Of a stretch of 64,000 nucleotides of DNA, positions 50,551 to 59,423 are shown piece by piece. Each line of letters starts with the position of its first letter. Within the stretch, counting starts at the first letter, position 1. The notes beneath the pieces were generated by a model, which made no database searches, had not been told where the DNA came from, and worked only from the letters and a program-made list of their open reading frames with translations. This DNA is from a virus. Lineage: Duplodnaviria > Caudoviricetes. Location of the stretch: IMG/VR virus record IMGVR_UViG_3300029288_000129, positions 1-64,000 of that record; one strand, 5' to 3'. Position numbers and translations under genes: made by a program.

Positions 50551-52131
50551 GTGATGCCTGAGTTCCGAATCATCAACAGCGACTGTATCGTGGCGATGCG
50601 CGAGATGGCCGACAACTCGGTCGATGCGATAGTCACCGACCCCCCCGCCGGAATTTCATTTATGGGGAAAAATTGGGACCACGATAAGGGCGGCCGCGAT
50701 TCGTGGATAGCGTGGATGTCAGAGGTCGCCAAGGAATGTCTGCGTGTCATTCGGCCCGGAGGTCATGCGTTGGTGTGGGCGATTCCGCGCACCAGCCATT
50801 GGACCGCGATGGGATGGGAGAATGCGGGATGGGAAGTAAGAGATCGTATCGCTCATCACTTCGGGCAAGGATTCCCGAAAAGTATGAATGTTTCTATAGC
50901 GTTAGACAAGTCTGCCGGAGCGGAAAGAACGGTTGTCGGAAAGAAAGATGTCGGTCCCGATATGCGCGGCGGCAACTTTGAAAATGCTGAGGGCCGCATG
51001 ATGGCCAACATTACCGAGCCGACCACCGAAGCCGCGAAGCAATGGAGCGGATGGGGCACCGCGCTGAAACCGGCGACCGAGGACTGGTGGCTTTTCCGAA
51101 AGCCGGTTGAAGGTACGGTTGCCGCAAACATTCTCAAGCATGGGACTGGGGGGCTAAACATTGATGGATGCAGGGTAGAAACGGATGATCTAAAAGGCAA
51201 GGTCTACAACAACAACAACACCGGCTGGAAATGCACTTCCGCGCCATCCACGATCCACGGCAATGAACAGGGCCGCTGGCCTGCGAACCTTGTCTTGTCG
51301 CATTCCGAGGGGTGTCGGTGTGCCGGGACAAAGAAGGTAAAGGGAGTTGCCGGTGGGACAGCCCCCGTTGGCGGGAATTACAAACTTGCCGAAAACAGAA
51401 CGCAACAACCATATTTCAACTACGCCGACCCAGATGGCACCGAGACCGTTGAGGCATGGGAATGCGTCGAGGGTTGCCCGATCAGGTTGATGGACGAGCA
51501 GAGCGGCATATCCTCCACCAAACGAACAGAAAATCCTTCAAACTGTAGTGGAAACACATGGGGAGGAACAATACAGACGAACAGGAGCGCAAGGGGGCAC
51601 ACCGACTCTGGCGGCGCATCCCGCTTCTTCTACTGCGCGAAGGCAAGTAAGTCGGACAGGGATGAGGGTTGCGAGGGGATGGACGAGATGGACAAGCGCA
51701 CCATGAATGATTTTGGCGACCAGTCCCAACACAGGTGTAGTGATGGAGCAAACAGAACACAAGGCACGGGCGTATCGAAAGCCCGCAATCATCATCCCAC
51801 CGTCAAGCCTACCGCCCTCATGCGCTACCTATGCCGCCTCGTCACGCCGAAAGGTGGTGTTATCCTCGACCCGTTCATGGGTAGCGGGTCAACAGGCAAA
51901 GCGGCTAACATAGAAGGATTTAGGTTTATCGGAATAGAGCAGGATGCTGAGTATTGCAAGATCGCGGAGGCGCGGATACAATATGCGCGGAACAATGCGG
52001 GGAAAGAGCCGGAAAAGAAAAATCCTGCCCCAAGAAAACCGACAACATCCCAAGCCGCAGAGCAACCGACACCGGAAAAGCCTGCGACAGTATCGGCGCA
52101 AGTCTCTATTTTTGAAATTGACAATTCGTGA
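50551..52131 (+). CDS. Beta-class N6A/N4C DNA methyltransferase
   Basis: VTDPPAG, TALKPA, HPTVKP, LDPFMGSGSTG. Confidence 0.9.
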   Translation: MMPEFRIINSDCIVAMREMADNSVDAIVTDPPAGISFMGKNWDHDKGGRDSWIAWMSEVAKECLRVIRPGGHALVWAIPRTSHWTAMGWENAGWEVRDRIAHHFGQGFPKSMNVSIALDKSAGAERTVVGKKDVGPDMRGGNFENAEGRMMANITEPTTEAAKQWSGWGTALKPATEDWWLFRKPVEGTVAANILKHGTGGLNIDGCRVETDDLKGKVYNNNNTGWKCTSAPSTIHGNEQGRWPANLVLSHSEGCRCAGTKKVKGVAGGTAPVGGNYKLAENRTQQPYFNYADPDGTETVEAWECVEGCPIRLMDEQSGISSTKRTENPSNCSGNTWGGTIQTNRSARGHTDSGGASRFFYCAKASKSDRDEGCEGMDEMDKRTMNDFGDQSQHRCSDGANRTQGTGVSKARNHHPTVKPTALMRYLCRLVTPKGGVILDPFMGSGSTGKAANIEGFRFIGIEQDAEYCKIAEARIQYARNNAGKEPEKKNPAPRKPTTSQAAEQPTPEKPATVSAQVSIFEIDNS

Positions 52132-52164
52132 TGCTCCCGGTGTTTCAAATTTGCGAAAAAAAAG

Positions 52165-52192
52165 TTGACAGCCGTTTTATTTTCCGTATCGT
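52165..52192 (+). promoter_or_regulatory. Sigma70-like promoter with an upstream TTGCGAAA
   Basis: TTGACA, 16 nt, TATCGT. Confidence 0.5.
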
Positions 52193-52232
52193 GACGCATA
52201 GGTGGCTTACCAAACATCTATGGGGAAAAACT

Positions 52233-52616
52233 ATGCCCAAACGAATTGATCCGACACGAGACTCGCGTTACGAAGCCCTGTTGAAAGAGTTGGGGTTTAA
52301 CGACGATGTGATCAACCGGCTCCTCGACGAACACTCCAATGACCGCGTGGTTTCACAGGGGCTATCGGTCCGACTCAAGACCTTTACGCCGTATCGCGAA
52401 ATTTGTCGGCGGCTCAACATGAATTTCTGCGCTCCGTTGCAGAGTTTCATGGAAATGTTTGTGGACCATTTTTCGCGTGGAAAGAACCTTCAGGATGCCC
52501 TGAAACGGTACGGCGCGGAACGCGAACGGATGGAAAAGGCGGCTCCTCGCACATCCGAGGCCGCGAAACAGAAGCGACGCGAAAAACGAGAAAAGAAGCC
52601 GTGCGACCGCGTTTGA
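52233..52616 (+). CDS. Small basic hypothetical protein, possibly DNA-binding
   Basis: Start refined to MPKRID. Confidence 0.55.
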   Translation: MPKRIDPTRDSRYEALLKELGFNDDVINRLLDEHSNDRVVSQGLSVRLKTFTPYREICRRLNMNFCAPLQSFMEMFVDHFSRGKNLQDALKRYGAERERMEKAAPRTSEAAKQKRREKREKKPCDRV

Positions 52617-52638
52617 TCCACAACCATAGGAGAGAATC

Positions 52639-53790
52639 GTGAAGGTAGCGAAAGGTTCCGTTGCTTTGTCTGTATTCAGTCTGCCCAAAGAAATATCGTC
52701 TTTGTCGGTGTCGGAACTCGGCTCCGCTTTGGCGCAACACAGTTTCATTCCTATCGACCCGCTTTCGGTGCTGGATTCCAGCGAGGGATGGGTGGATTGG
52801 CAACGCACCTCACAGTCCTTTACCGCCGATTGCTCGGTCACGAATGGCCCCTACTCGATGCTGTGCCTTCGTTGCGATCAGTACAAATATGATGCGGCGA
52901 CGGTCGAGATGATGGCGGAAGCATATTGCGTCGAAAACGGCTACACCCAATCGTACCGCGAAATGAAGGGCAAGTTACGGCAACCCGTGATCGATGCGAT
53001 ACGCATTCAGTTGAGGGCCAAGACGATCCCGAGGGTACATTTCGTCGAGGCCGCTATCGACTATGCCGAGGGACTTATCTATGTGTTCAGCAAGGCGAGC
53101 GCGGACATCTCGGCGTTCAGCATGGCCATCATGTCCACTTTCGGGGTCGAGGCGCAATACATGAATTATGCCTACGACTGCCTACGGATCGGCGAGGACC
53201 GATGTGTACCCGCCAAGATGTTGCTTCTGCACCTGTACCGGAGCGGCGAGAAAAAAGATGGATACACGACCCCCGATGATCGCGAGATATATTGCCTCAA
53301 CGGAGACAGTATCAAGATGCATGGGGTCGCGGAGGGCAATCTCGGTAACGAGTACCGCGTGAAGATGGCCAACGAGAAAGAGGATGCGATTGCATCGAAC
53401 CTGCTGGACCATGATGCGGCATGGCCCGTTGAGATGCGGTTTAGGCTCGACTCCGATTTTGGCGATATTCAGTTCACGGTTCACGCCGACAAACTGGTGC
53501 CTTACGGCATCGACTTGCCGTTCAGCAAGGAGAAAGAGGAGGAGCAACGCATCGTGGACCGGATCAACATGCTGTCGTGGCTCAACGGCGAGTGGGTCAC
53601 ACTGCTCAAGGCCGCGTCTCAACGCATCAAGGAGGAGCAGTTCGGTGCGGAGGATAAGCCCGCCGAAAAGGACGAGACCAAAATCACCTTTAAGATGGGT
53701 AACGAGTCGGTGACGATGAGTGGCAAACAATTCGATAAGGCGACAAAGACGATACTGAAAGGGAAGGGCGGGAAGAACACCAAAAAATAG
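52639..53790 (+). CDS. rdgC: RdgC-like recombination-associated protein
   Basis: FIPIDP...SEGWV...LCLR.D...IRIQLRAKTIPR...AIDYAEGLIYV. Confidence 0.7.
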   Translation: MKVAKGSVALSVFSLPKEISSLSVSELGSALAQHSFIPIDPLSVLDSSEGWVDWQRTSQSFTADCSVTNGPYSMLCLRCDQYKYDAATVEMMAEAYCVENGYTQSYREMKGKLRQPVIDAIRIQLRAKTIPRVHFVEAAIDYAEGLIYVFSKASADISAFSMAIMSTFGVEAQYMNYAYDCLRIGEDRCVPAKMLLLHLYRSGEKKDGYTTPDDREIYCLNGDSIKMHGVAEGNLGNEYRVKMANEKEDAIASNLLDHDAAWPVEMRFRLDSDFGDIQFTVHADKLVPYGIDLPFSKEKEEEQRIVDRINMLSWLNGEWVTLLKAASQRIKEEQFGAEDKPAEKDETKITFKMGNESVTMSGKQFDKATKTILKGKGGKNTKK

Positions 53791-53800
53791 GAGGCCACCG

Positions 53801-54229
53801 ATGAGCCAGAAAACTATCGCCGACATTTACGCCGATCACATCACCGCGTCGCCACACGACACGATGGTCACGGATCGCATCCTGCTTCATTCGGGGGCCC
53901 GGAGTATCGCCGAGGTGTGTCGCGCCGCGATCAACGGATACGCCGCTGAACTGATACGGCTCAACCTCGAAAGCGGCATGGACGACACGCTGGCGGCTAA
54001 AACCGCAGAGGCCGACATGGAGGTATCCGCCGCCGCGATGCTGTCGGCCCAGAACGAAGCGTGCGCTCGCTGTGACCGCATCCTCTCCTGTTCCTCCTAC
54101 GAAAGAATCATGACCAGCATCATTCTTGACGCGGCTGTGGGTCCGCATTGCCCGATGTTCCACAACGCTTTTGAAACGGCGCGTGCCGATATCTCGCGTC
54201 GCACCATGGGCCAGTTCGGCAAGGCATAA
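53801..54229 (+). CDS. Hypothetical protein
   Basis: GGAGG RBS. Confidence 0.65.
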   Translation: MSQKTIADIYADHITASPHDTMVTDRILLHSGARSIAEVCRAAINGYAAELIRLNLESGMDDTLAAKTAEADMEVSAAAMLSAQNEACARCDRILSCSSYERIMTSIILDAAVGPHCPMFHNAFETARADISRRTMGQFGKA

Positions 54230-54246
54230 AATATCTCGCATTTTTC

Positions 54247-54274
54247 TTGACAAGTTTTTCGCAAATGCTATGAT
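54247..54274 (+). promoter_or_regulatory. Extended -10 promoter with a TTTTCGCAAA spacer, upstream of the Bet-Exo-RAMP operon
   Basis: TTGACA, 16 nt, TG-n-TATGAT. Confidence 0.7.
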
Positions 54275-54312
54275 GGCGAAGTCTGTTGTTCTATAACCAA
54301 GGGAGAAGATTG

Positions 54313-55272
54313 ATGAGCGAGAAAAAGCAAGGCGAGTTGGTAAAGGTGGAGCAGGGGCAGGAACTTTTACTGTCCGGCATGATCGACGAGAAAACGGTAC
54401 GCGACTTTCTGGTTAGTAGCGGCACCGCGTCCAAACTCACCGAGTCGCAGCAAAACCTGTTTATGCTCACCGCGAAGGCCCTTAACCTTAACCCGCTGAA
54501 ACGCGAGATATATGTCACGCCGTATCTCAAGAAGGGGGTTCGTGCCGAAAACGCGAAGCCGGGTGACTATGACATGAGCATCGTGACCGGATACGAGGTC
54601 TATCTGAAACGGGCCGAACGCGCCAAAAACAGTAAGGGCGAGAGAATTTACGACGGATTCGACAAGCCGGAGTTCGAGGGCAAGATCAGGGCTGAAAAGA
54701 AGCCCATCAAGTACAAGGATGATCATGGCCAGTGGAAAGAGTATGAGAAAGATGTGATGTTGGACGCGGACCCGGACGATCCGTTCCGTTGCACCGTGAG
54801 GGTGTGGCGCAAGGACCGGAACCGGCCCACCATTCATACCGTGTATTGGAGCGAGTGTACACAGAACAATGCGATATGGAACGAGAAGCCGCGCACCATG
54901 CTTCGGAAGGTTGCGCTGTGTCAGGCGTTCCGGCTCGCGTTCCCCGACGAGTTCGACGGCATGCCGTATGCGGAAGAAGAGTTGCCGACGGATCGCGGCA
55001 TTATAGAGTCTACGCCCGAACCCAAGAAACTGACCCACGAAACGGCGGCGGCGGCACCGAACCCCGACGAGGCGCGAATCGCCGCGTTGCGTCAGGAGGT
55101 AAAGGATATCGCGCTGGGCCGCAAAATATCGGAAATAAAACTGAACCAAAGCATCGCCCGCAAATATGGGAAAGATGGCATGGCGGTCGAAGACTGCACC
55201 GAGGAACAGTTGAACGAAGTCAAGGATGCTTTGACCGAAACGAAGCCCGCCGACAAAGAGCCGAAGGAGTAG
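54313..55272 (+). CDS. bet: Bet/RecT-family single-strand annealing protein
   Basis: LNPLKREIY, KPRTMLRKVALCQAFRLAFP, MPYAEEEL. Confidence 0.88.
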   Translation: MSEKKQGELVKVEQGQELLLSGMIDEKTVRDFLVSSGTASKLTESQQNLFMLTAKALNLNPLKREIYVTPYLKKGVRAENAKPGDYDMSIVTGYEVYLKRAERAKNSKGERIYDGFDKPEFEGKIRAEKKPIKYKDDHGQWKEYEKDVMLDADPDDPFRCTVRVWRKDRNRPTIHTVYWSECTQNNAIWNEKPRTMLRKVALCQAFRLAFPDEFDGMPYAEEELPTDRGIIESTPEPKKLTHETAAAAPNPDEARIAALRQEVKDIALGRKISEIKLNQSIARKYGKDGMAVEDCTEEQLNEVKDALTETKPADKEPKE

Positions 55273-55275
55273 CCC

Positions 55276-57237
55276 ATGAGCGGATTCGACTTTTCTCCGT
55301 CGCGGATGATAGATTTTAACGAAAAGGAACACCGGTATTTCGTGGATGGCATCGAGCGTCCGTCCGTGTCTCACCTGCTGTCAGAACTCGGTGTCGCGGA
55401 AAAATTCGATGGCGTAAACGCGGGACTCCTCGCGTATCGCGCCTCGCGTGGCAAGCGGATACACTTGGCGAGTCAATACTATAGCCAAGGCGTTCTTGAT
55501 CTTGACAGTGTTGCGCCTGAAGATCGTCCGTTCGTGGACGCGATCATAGCGTTTCATAACGATTTCCCGCGATGGAAAAGCCTGATGCGCGAACGCCGGT
55601 TCTATGTGAAGTGCTTCGACGACGAGGAGCGCGGAGAACTGGGCTACTGCGGCACCATGGACGATGTGATGCTACTGGCTCCGGGACACTATGAGATTCG
55701 GGGTCGGGCCTACGATGTCGGCGAAGACGAGATCGGCCTTTTCGACGACAAGACATCCGCGAGCCTTGCGCCTGCGTATCGGTATCAGGTCAGCGGCGGG
55801 TATCTAAAGGGTATCCGAGAGGGTCTGGACGGAGACGATCTGGACATGCCGTTGATGCAGACTATCTCGACCCTTATCGGCCGACCGGTTCGGAAAATAC
55901 ATTGTTTCATCCGGCATCTTCGGCAGGGCCATTACTTCCTCGTGCCGATTCAAGAAGACGAGACTTATCCGCAGTGGGAACAACTGCTTCGTAAGTTCTT
56001 CTATCCCCGCACCAAACTGGATGTCAAAAAAATGATGAGGAACCAGATCGACATGCCAGACACGGTGGCTCGACGATTGGTTCGCATCAAGGCCATGGAG
56101 GATGCGCTGAAGCCACGAAAGGCGGCGGCTCGGGAAGATGCGGTTAAATTGTTGACCCGTGACGGCATGGAGTTTAACGGAGTCGCCGAGATCGGTGGCC
56201 GCGAAGTCACTTTCAGCAAGAGTTTCGGCGGCTACACGGAGTCTATAGACGACGCGGCGTTTGTGGCCAAACTGTTGGCATGGGACCAGCCGTCTATTAC
56301 CATGACGGAACTTCTCGCGCTACGGGCCTCGTGTAAGGTCAGCGGAGAAACCGAGGGAGCATGGCGGCTCAATGTGGGGAAACCGAAGAAACCGGAAACG
56401 AGCGCGGAAACGAAAGTGCCGGAGCCTCCCAAAGCCGAAGTCATTCCGGCACAGAAGCCGGAAATGAAGCCGGAAGCGAAAACGGAAGCAAGCAGGGAAA
56501 GGAAGGTTTCCGAAACAACGACAGCCGCCACGACCATTGCCGGTAACACACCGACTCAATCGAAAGCCGTGTTCCCTGTCGGCGGACAGCCAAATTCCAC
56601 CCCCGCCGACTTCGTTGTCCCCAAGTCACTGGTGGACGATCTCCGCGAGGTCGCAAACCGCGTCTTTGAGCGGGCCATTATTCGTCGCACCGAGAATGAG
56701 ACATTTAAGGGATGGTCTTTTTCTTCCGAGTTTGAGCATTTCCTGATGGGCCTCGATATGCTGGTCCCCGTAAACACATGGACCGAGGGCATGACAAAGA
56801 ATTTGATCGACGCTTTAATTCGCGAGGAGGTGCGTCGTGAAGAAACGGCGCGTCAACAGAGTCCTCGTTCGGTCAACGAGACTTTAGCCGATGTGCTGGT
56901 GCGTACCGTGATGAGCGCATACGGGGATGACCGGCTCGGCGCACAGAACCGCATCGTTGATTTCTGCCGTGCCAACAAGCGACCGCACGACTTCACTTCT
57001 TTCAGCGATTCGGATCTCCGCGATCTTATCAATAAGATGGGGGCGGCGGCAGCGAACGAAAAGTTTGCGCGGAAGGACGCTGCAACCGTACCCGATGGGG
57101 CCGAATGCGTTCTTTCGGACGAGGGCCATTTGCGGCCACAGCCGGAACCTGCGCCAGAGCCGAAGCCAAGGCCCAAGACACCGGCCAAAACGAAGGCAAA
57201 GAAGGATGACCCGAAACAGCCCGGACTTTTTGATTAG
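55276..57237 (+). CDS. PD-(D/E)XK exonuclease-like protein with long C-terminal extension
   Basis: FNEKEHRY...PSVSHLL, RGKRIH, YCGTMD, FDDKTS, YQVSGGY. Confidence 0.75.
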   Translation: MSGFDFSPSRMIDFNEKEHRYFVDGIERPSVSHLLSELGVAEKFDGVNAGLLAYRASRGKRIHLASQYYSQGVLDLDSVAPEDRPFVDAIIAFHNDFPRWKSLMRERRFYVKCFDDEERGELGYCGTMDDVMLLAPGHYEIRGRAYDVGEDEIGLFDDKTSASLAPAYRYQVSGGYLKGIREGLDGDDLDMPLMQTISTLIGRPVRKIHCFIRHLRQGHYFLVPIQEDETYPQWEQLLRKFFYPRTKLDVKKMMRNQIDMPDTVARRLVRIKAMEDALKPRKAAAREDAVKLLTRDGMEFNGVAEIGGREVTFSKSFGGYTESIDDAAFVAKLLAWDQPSITMTELLALRASCKVSGETEGAWRLNVGKPKKPETSAETKVPEPPKAEVIPAQKPEMKPEAKTEASRERKVSETTTAATTIAGNTPTQSKAVFPVGGQPNSTPADFVVPKSLVDDLREVANRVFERAIIRRTENETFKGWSFSSEFEHFLMGLDMLVPVNTWTEGMTKNLIDALIREEVRREETARQQSPRSVNETLADVLVRTVMSAYGDDRLGAQNRIVDFCRANKRPHDFTSFSDSDLRDLINKMGAAAANEKFARKDAATVPDGAECVLSDEGHLRPQPEPAPEPKPRPKTPAKTKAKKDDPKQPGLFD

Positions 57238-57246
57238 GAGGAACAC

Positions 57247-57507
57247 ATGTTGCAGTTTAAGATCAAGGGCCAAGCCGCAATCCATACTACGCCGAGCAAG
57301 GCCGAGGACGAGAAGAAAAAAAAGGCAAAGAAGATAAAAATGCAGGGCGAGGCACGCAAGATCACCCGTGCGGCAGGCAAGAAAAAAAAGAAAGCGAAAC
57401 CTAACAGTATCGTCAAGCCGCGCACGCCGGAACAGCGGGCAAAGAGTATGGCAAAGAAGAGCAACAAACCACTCAAGGCGGCAAGGGCCGCGAAGAGAAA
57501 GAAATAA
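57247..57507 (+). CDS. Lys/Ala-rich very basic small protein
   Basis: AGGAGG RBS; runs of Lys. Confidence 0.65.
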   Translation: MLQFKIKGQAAIHTTPSKAEDEKKKKAKKIKMQGEARKITRAAGKKKKKAKPNSIVKPRTPEQRAKSMAKKSNKPLKAARAAKRKK

Positions 57508-57513
57508 CAACCA

Positions 57514-58140
57514 ATGGAGACTATGATGGCAAAGAAAAAGGAAGGCGCGTCCTGTATCGAAACAATCCGCAGAACGGTACGGCTCACCGGCATCAAGGAT
57601 GCGATGTTTGACCGCTATGCCGGTGACAACAAAACGAAACTGATGTGGCACCAGAAACTGTACATGATACCCGGCACCAGCATTGTGGCAATGCCGACGA
57701 TCAATATCATGTCGTTTCTGACCGCGCACAACACGAACTCGGCTCCGAAGCGGCTTCGCGACAAGCGGGAGTACAAGGACATCTGCAACGCCTGCCTATC
57801 GTTTGTCAACATCGTGGGGGGCAAGCAGAATCCCGCCTATATCCCGTTTCTCCGCGACGGAGAACCGATAGAGGTCGGCGACTTCGGCGATGAGAGGGAC
57901 GAGAAGAGCGGAGTTTATCTTCACCAATCGGTTGCTCGTCTTCCCCTCGGCATACCGAATCCGAAAGAGCGTCCCGTGCTTCCGTTGCCGTGGGAGATCG
58001 AGTTCGGCCTTGAGATATTCCCCAATAAGGAAATCAAGGAAGTCGAGATACGCAATCTTTTTGAGGAAGGCGGGCTTGCTATTGGCCTCGGGACTTTCCG
58101 TGGCGTGTTTGGCAAATTTATGGTATCCCGTTGGGACTAA
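57514..58140 (+). CDS. RAMP/Cas7-like protein (Vipr-like); likely start 57526
   Basis: N-terminal strand TVRLTGIKDAMF; PKERPVLPLPWEIEF; C-terminal G-rich loop GGLAIGLGTFRGVFGKF; adjacent pentamer array. Confidence 0.75.
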   Translation: METMMAKKKEGASCIETIRRTVRLTGIKDAMFDRYAGDNKTKLMWHQKLYMIPGTSIVAMPTINIMSFLTAHNTNSAPKRLRDKREYKDICNACLSFVNIVGGKQNPAYIPFLRDGEPIEVGDFGDERDEKSGVYLHQSVARLPLGIPNPKERPVLPLPWEIEFGLEIFPNKEIKEVEIRNLFEEGGLAIGLGTFRGVFGKFMVSRWD

Positions 58141-58150
58141 TACTTTTTCT

Positions 58151-58513
58151 GGCGTGGCTTGGCGTGGCTAGGCACGGAAAGGCAAGGCAAGGCACTGCGA
58201 GGCGAGGTTTTTTAGTGACGAAACCGGCATGGCGGGGCTTGGATTGGACAGGCAAGGCAAGGCACTGCGAGGCGAGGTATTTAGTGTGAAAAGCGGCGGG
58301 GCGCGGCGGGGCTCGGTGCGGACAGGAACGGAAAGGTGAGGCGAGGCGAGGTTTTTTAGTGACGAAACCGGCTTGGCGTGGCTAGGCATGGCTAGGCGCG
58401 GAAGGGCAAGGCAAGGCACTGCAAGGCGAGGTTTTTAGTGACGAATAGGGATCGGCATGGCTCGGCAAGGCAGTGCGAGGAGAGGAGAGGACAGGCAAGG
58501 CAAGGCGAGGTAA
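58151..58513 (+). ncRNA. Array of five putative guide RNA units of phased GG(C/A/T)NN pentamers (vrRNA-like)
   Basis: 61 pentamers (57 begin GG, 4 begin TGC) in units of 12/11/12/13/13, separated by TTAGTGACGAAACC-like linkers; starts 10 nt after the RAMP stop. Confidence 0.8.
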
Positions 58514-58516
58514 GAG

Positions 58517-59149
58517 ATGAAACCAAAGAGTACCGACATCATTGACGGGACTCGCTACGAGTTCGACAGCCCCGAGGAGATGTGGTTTGCGTGGTGGCTC
58601 GAAGAGTTGCGACAATACGAGGAGATCGGAGAGTGGCGGTATCAAGCCAAGACATGGCAACTCTCGCGGTCCTGCGACCTCTTGTGGTCCGTACAAGGCG
58701 CAAGGAAGGTGTTGGAGCGGTCGAAGTGCCTGCTCCGTGCCCACTCGTATACCGCCGACTTCTCGGTGCGGTGGCGCAACAAGGATTGGATCAATGTGGA
58801 GACTGCGGAGTGGCGCGAATCGGACGGCAATGATCTTCGCATAGTGCCACCGTACAAACCCGACGCGGTGATGCTTGCCACTGGCTCCGATCTCACCGCG
58901 TATGTGGACATAAAGGGCGGCTTTGTTCGCGGTCATTCAAAGGCGGAAGCGTTTGAGGTGAAGCGCGGCATCGTGTGGGAACAGCACGGCGACTATATCA
59001 ACCGTATCGTTCCCTATACCGCGAAGGGGCCGTGTCTGTTCAAGGCGACCTTTGTGCCGCAACGATTCTTTTTTACCGATAAGGGCCATCAGGCCCGCAA
59101 GATACACTTCCCGGTGCGGCGCATCGAAGAGTGGTTGTCGCCTTTTTAG
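58517..59149 (+). CDS. DUF1064-like PD-(D/E)XK nuclease
   Basis: DGTRYEFDSPEE...YQ...YTADF...YVDIKG. Confidence 0.7.
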   Translation: MKPKSTDIIDGTRYEFDSPEEMWFAWWLEELRQYEEIGEWRYQAKTWQLSRSCDLLWSVQGARKVLERSKCLLRAHSYTADFSVRWRNKDWINVETAEWRESDGNDLRIVPPYKPDAVMLATGSDLTAYVDIKGGFVRGHSKAEAFEVKRGIVWEQHGDYINRIVPYTAKGPCLFKATFVPQRFFFTDKGHQARKIHFPVRRIEEWLSPF

Positions 59150-59423
59150 CGGAGGCTATTATGAAAAAACCGTTCTCGTGGCTAAAGTTTTTCAATGTCG
59201 TTTTGTTTCAGTGGTTTTTTATCCGGCTTTCGAGGTGTGATCAGGAGGCAAAGGTGGGAATCGACCCAGAAATAGGGACGCTGCCTTTGCGTTGGTATTC
59301 TATCACGGGTCTGATGTGGCCTACTACCGGATGGAAAGATGACTATAAGATGCTTTTCAACATGGACCCGTTTTACTGGCGAGTCACGCCGATTATGAGG
59401 CACCAAGATTCTGCGAGGGCGAG

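Noticed and set aside
55276-57237. Cas4 as part of a CRISPR adaptation module
   Set aside because: No four-Cys Fe-S cluster pattern was seen; its position after bet fits a phage recombination exonuclease.
58151-58513. Canonical CRISPR array
   Set aside because: There are no 25-45 nt identical repeats with unique spacers; the inter-linker segments are themselves periodic pentamers, and no cas1/cas2 was recognised.
58151-58513. Simple microsatellite or replication-slippage debris
   Set aside because: Phase is preserved while the NN positions vary, and the unit/linker structure is regular and adjacent to a RAMP-like gene, which argues for selection.
58151-58513. Self-targets of the array within this window
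   Set aside because: I could not perform a reliable gapped search by eye, so no target is claimed.
58168-58936. Minus-strand ORFs 58168-58419 and 58382-58936 (LALPRLAMP-like)
   Set aside because: These are translations of the pentamer repeat or antisense to the plus-strand nuclease gene, with low-complexity output.
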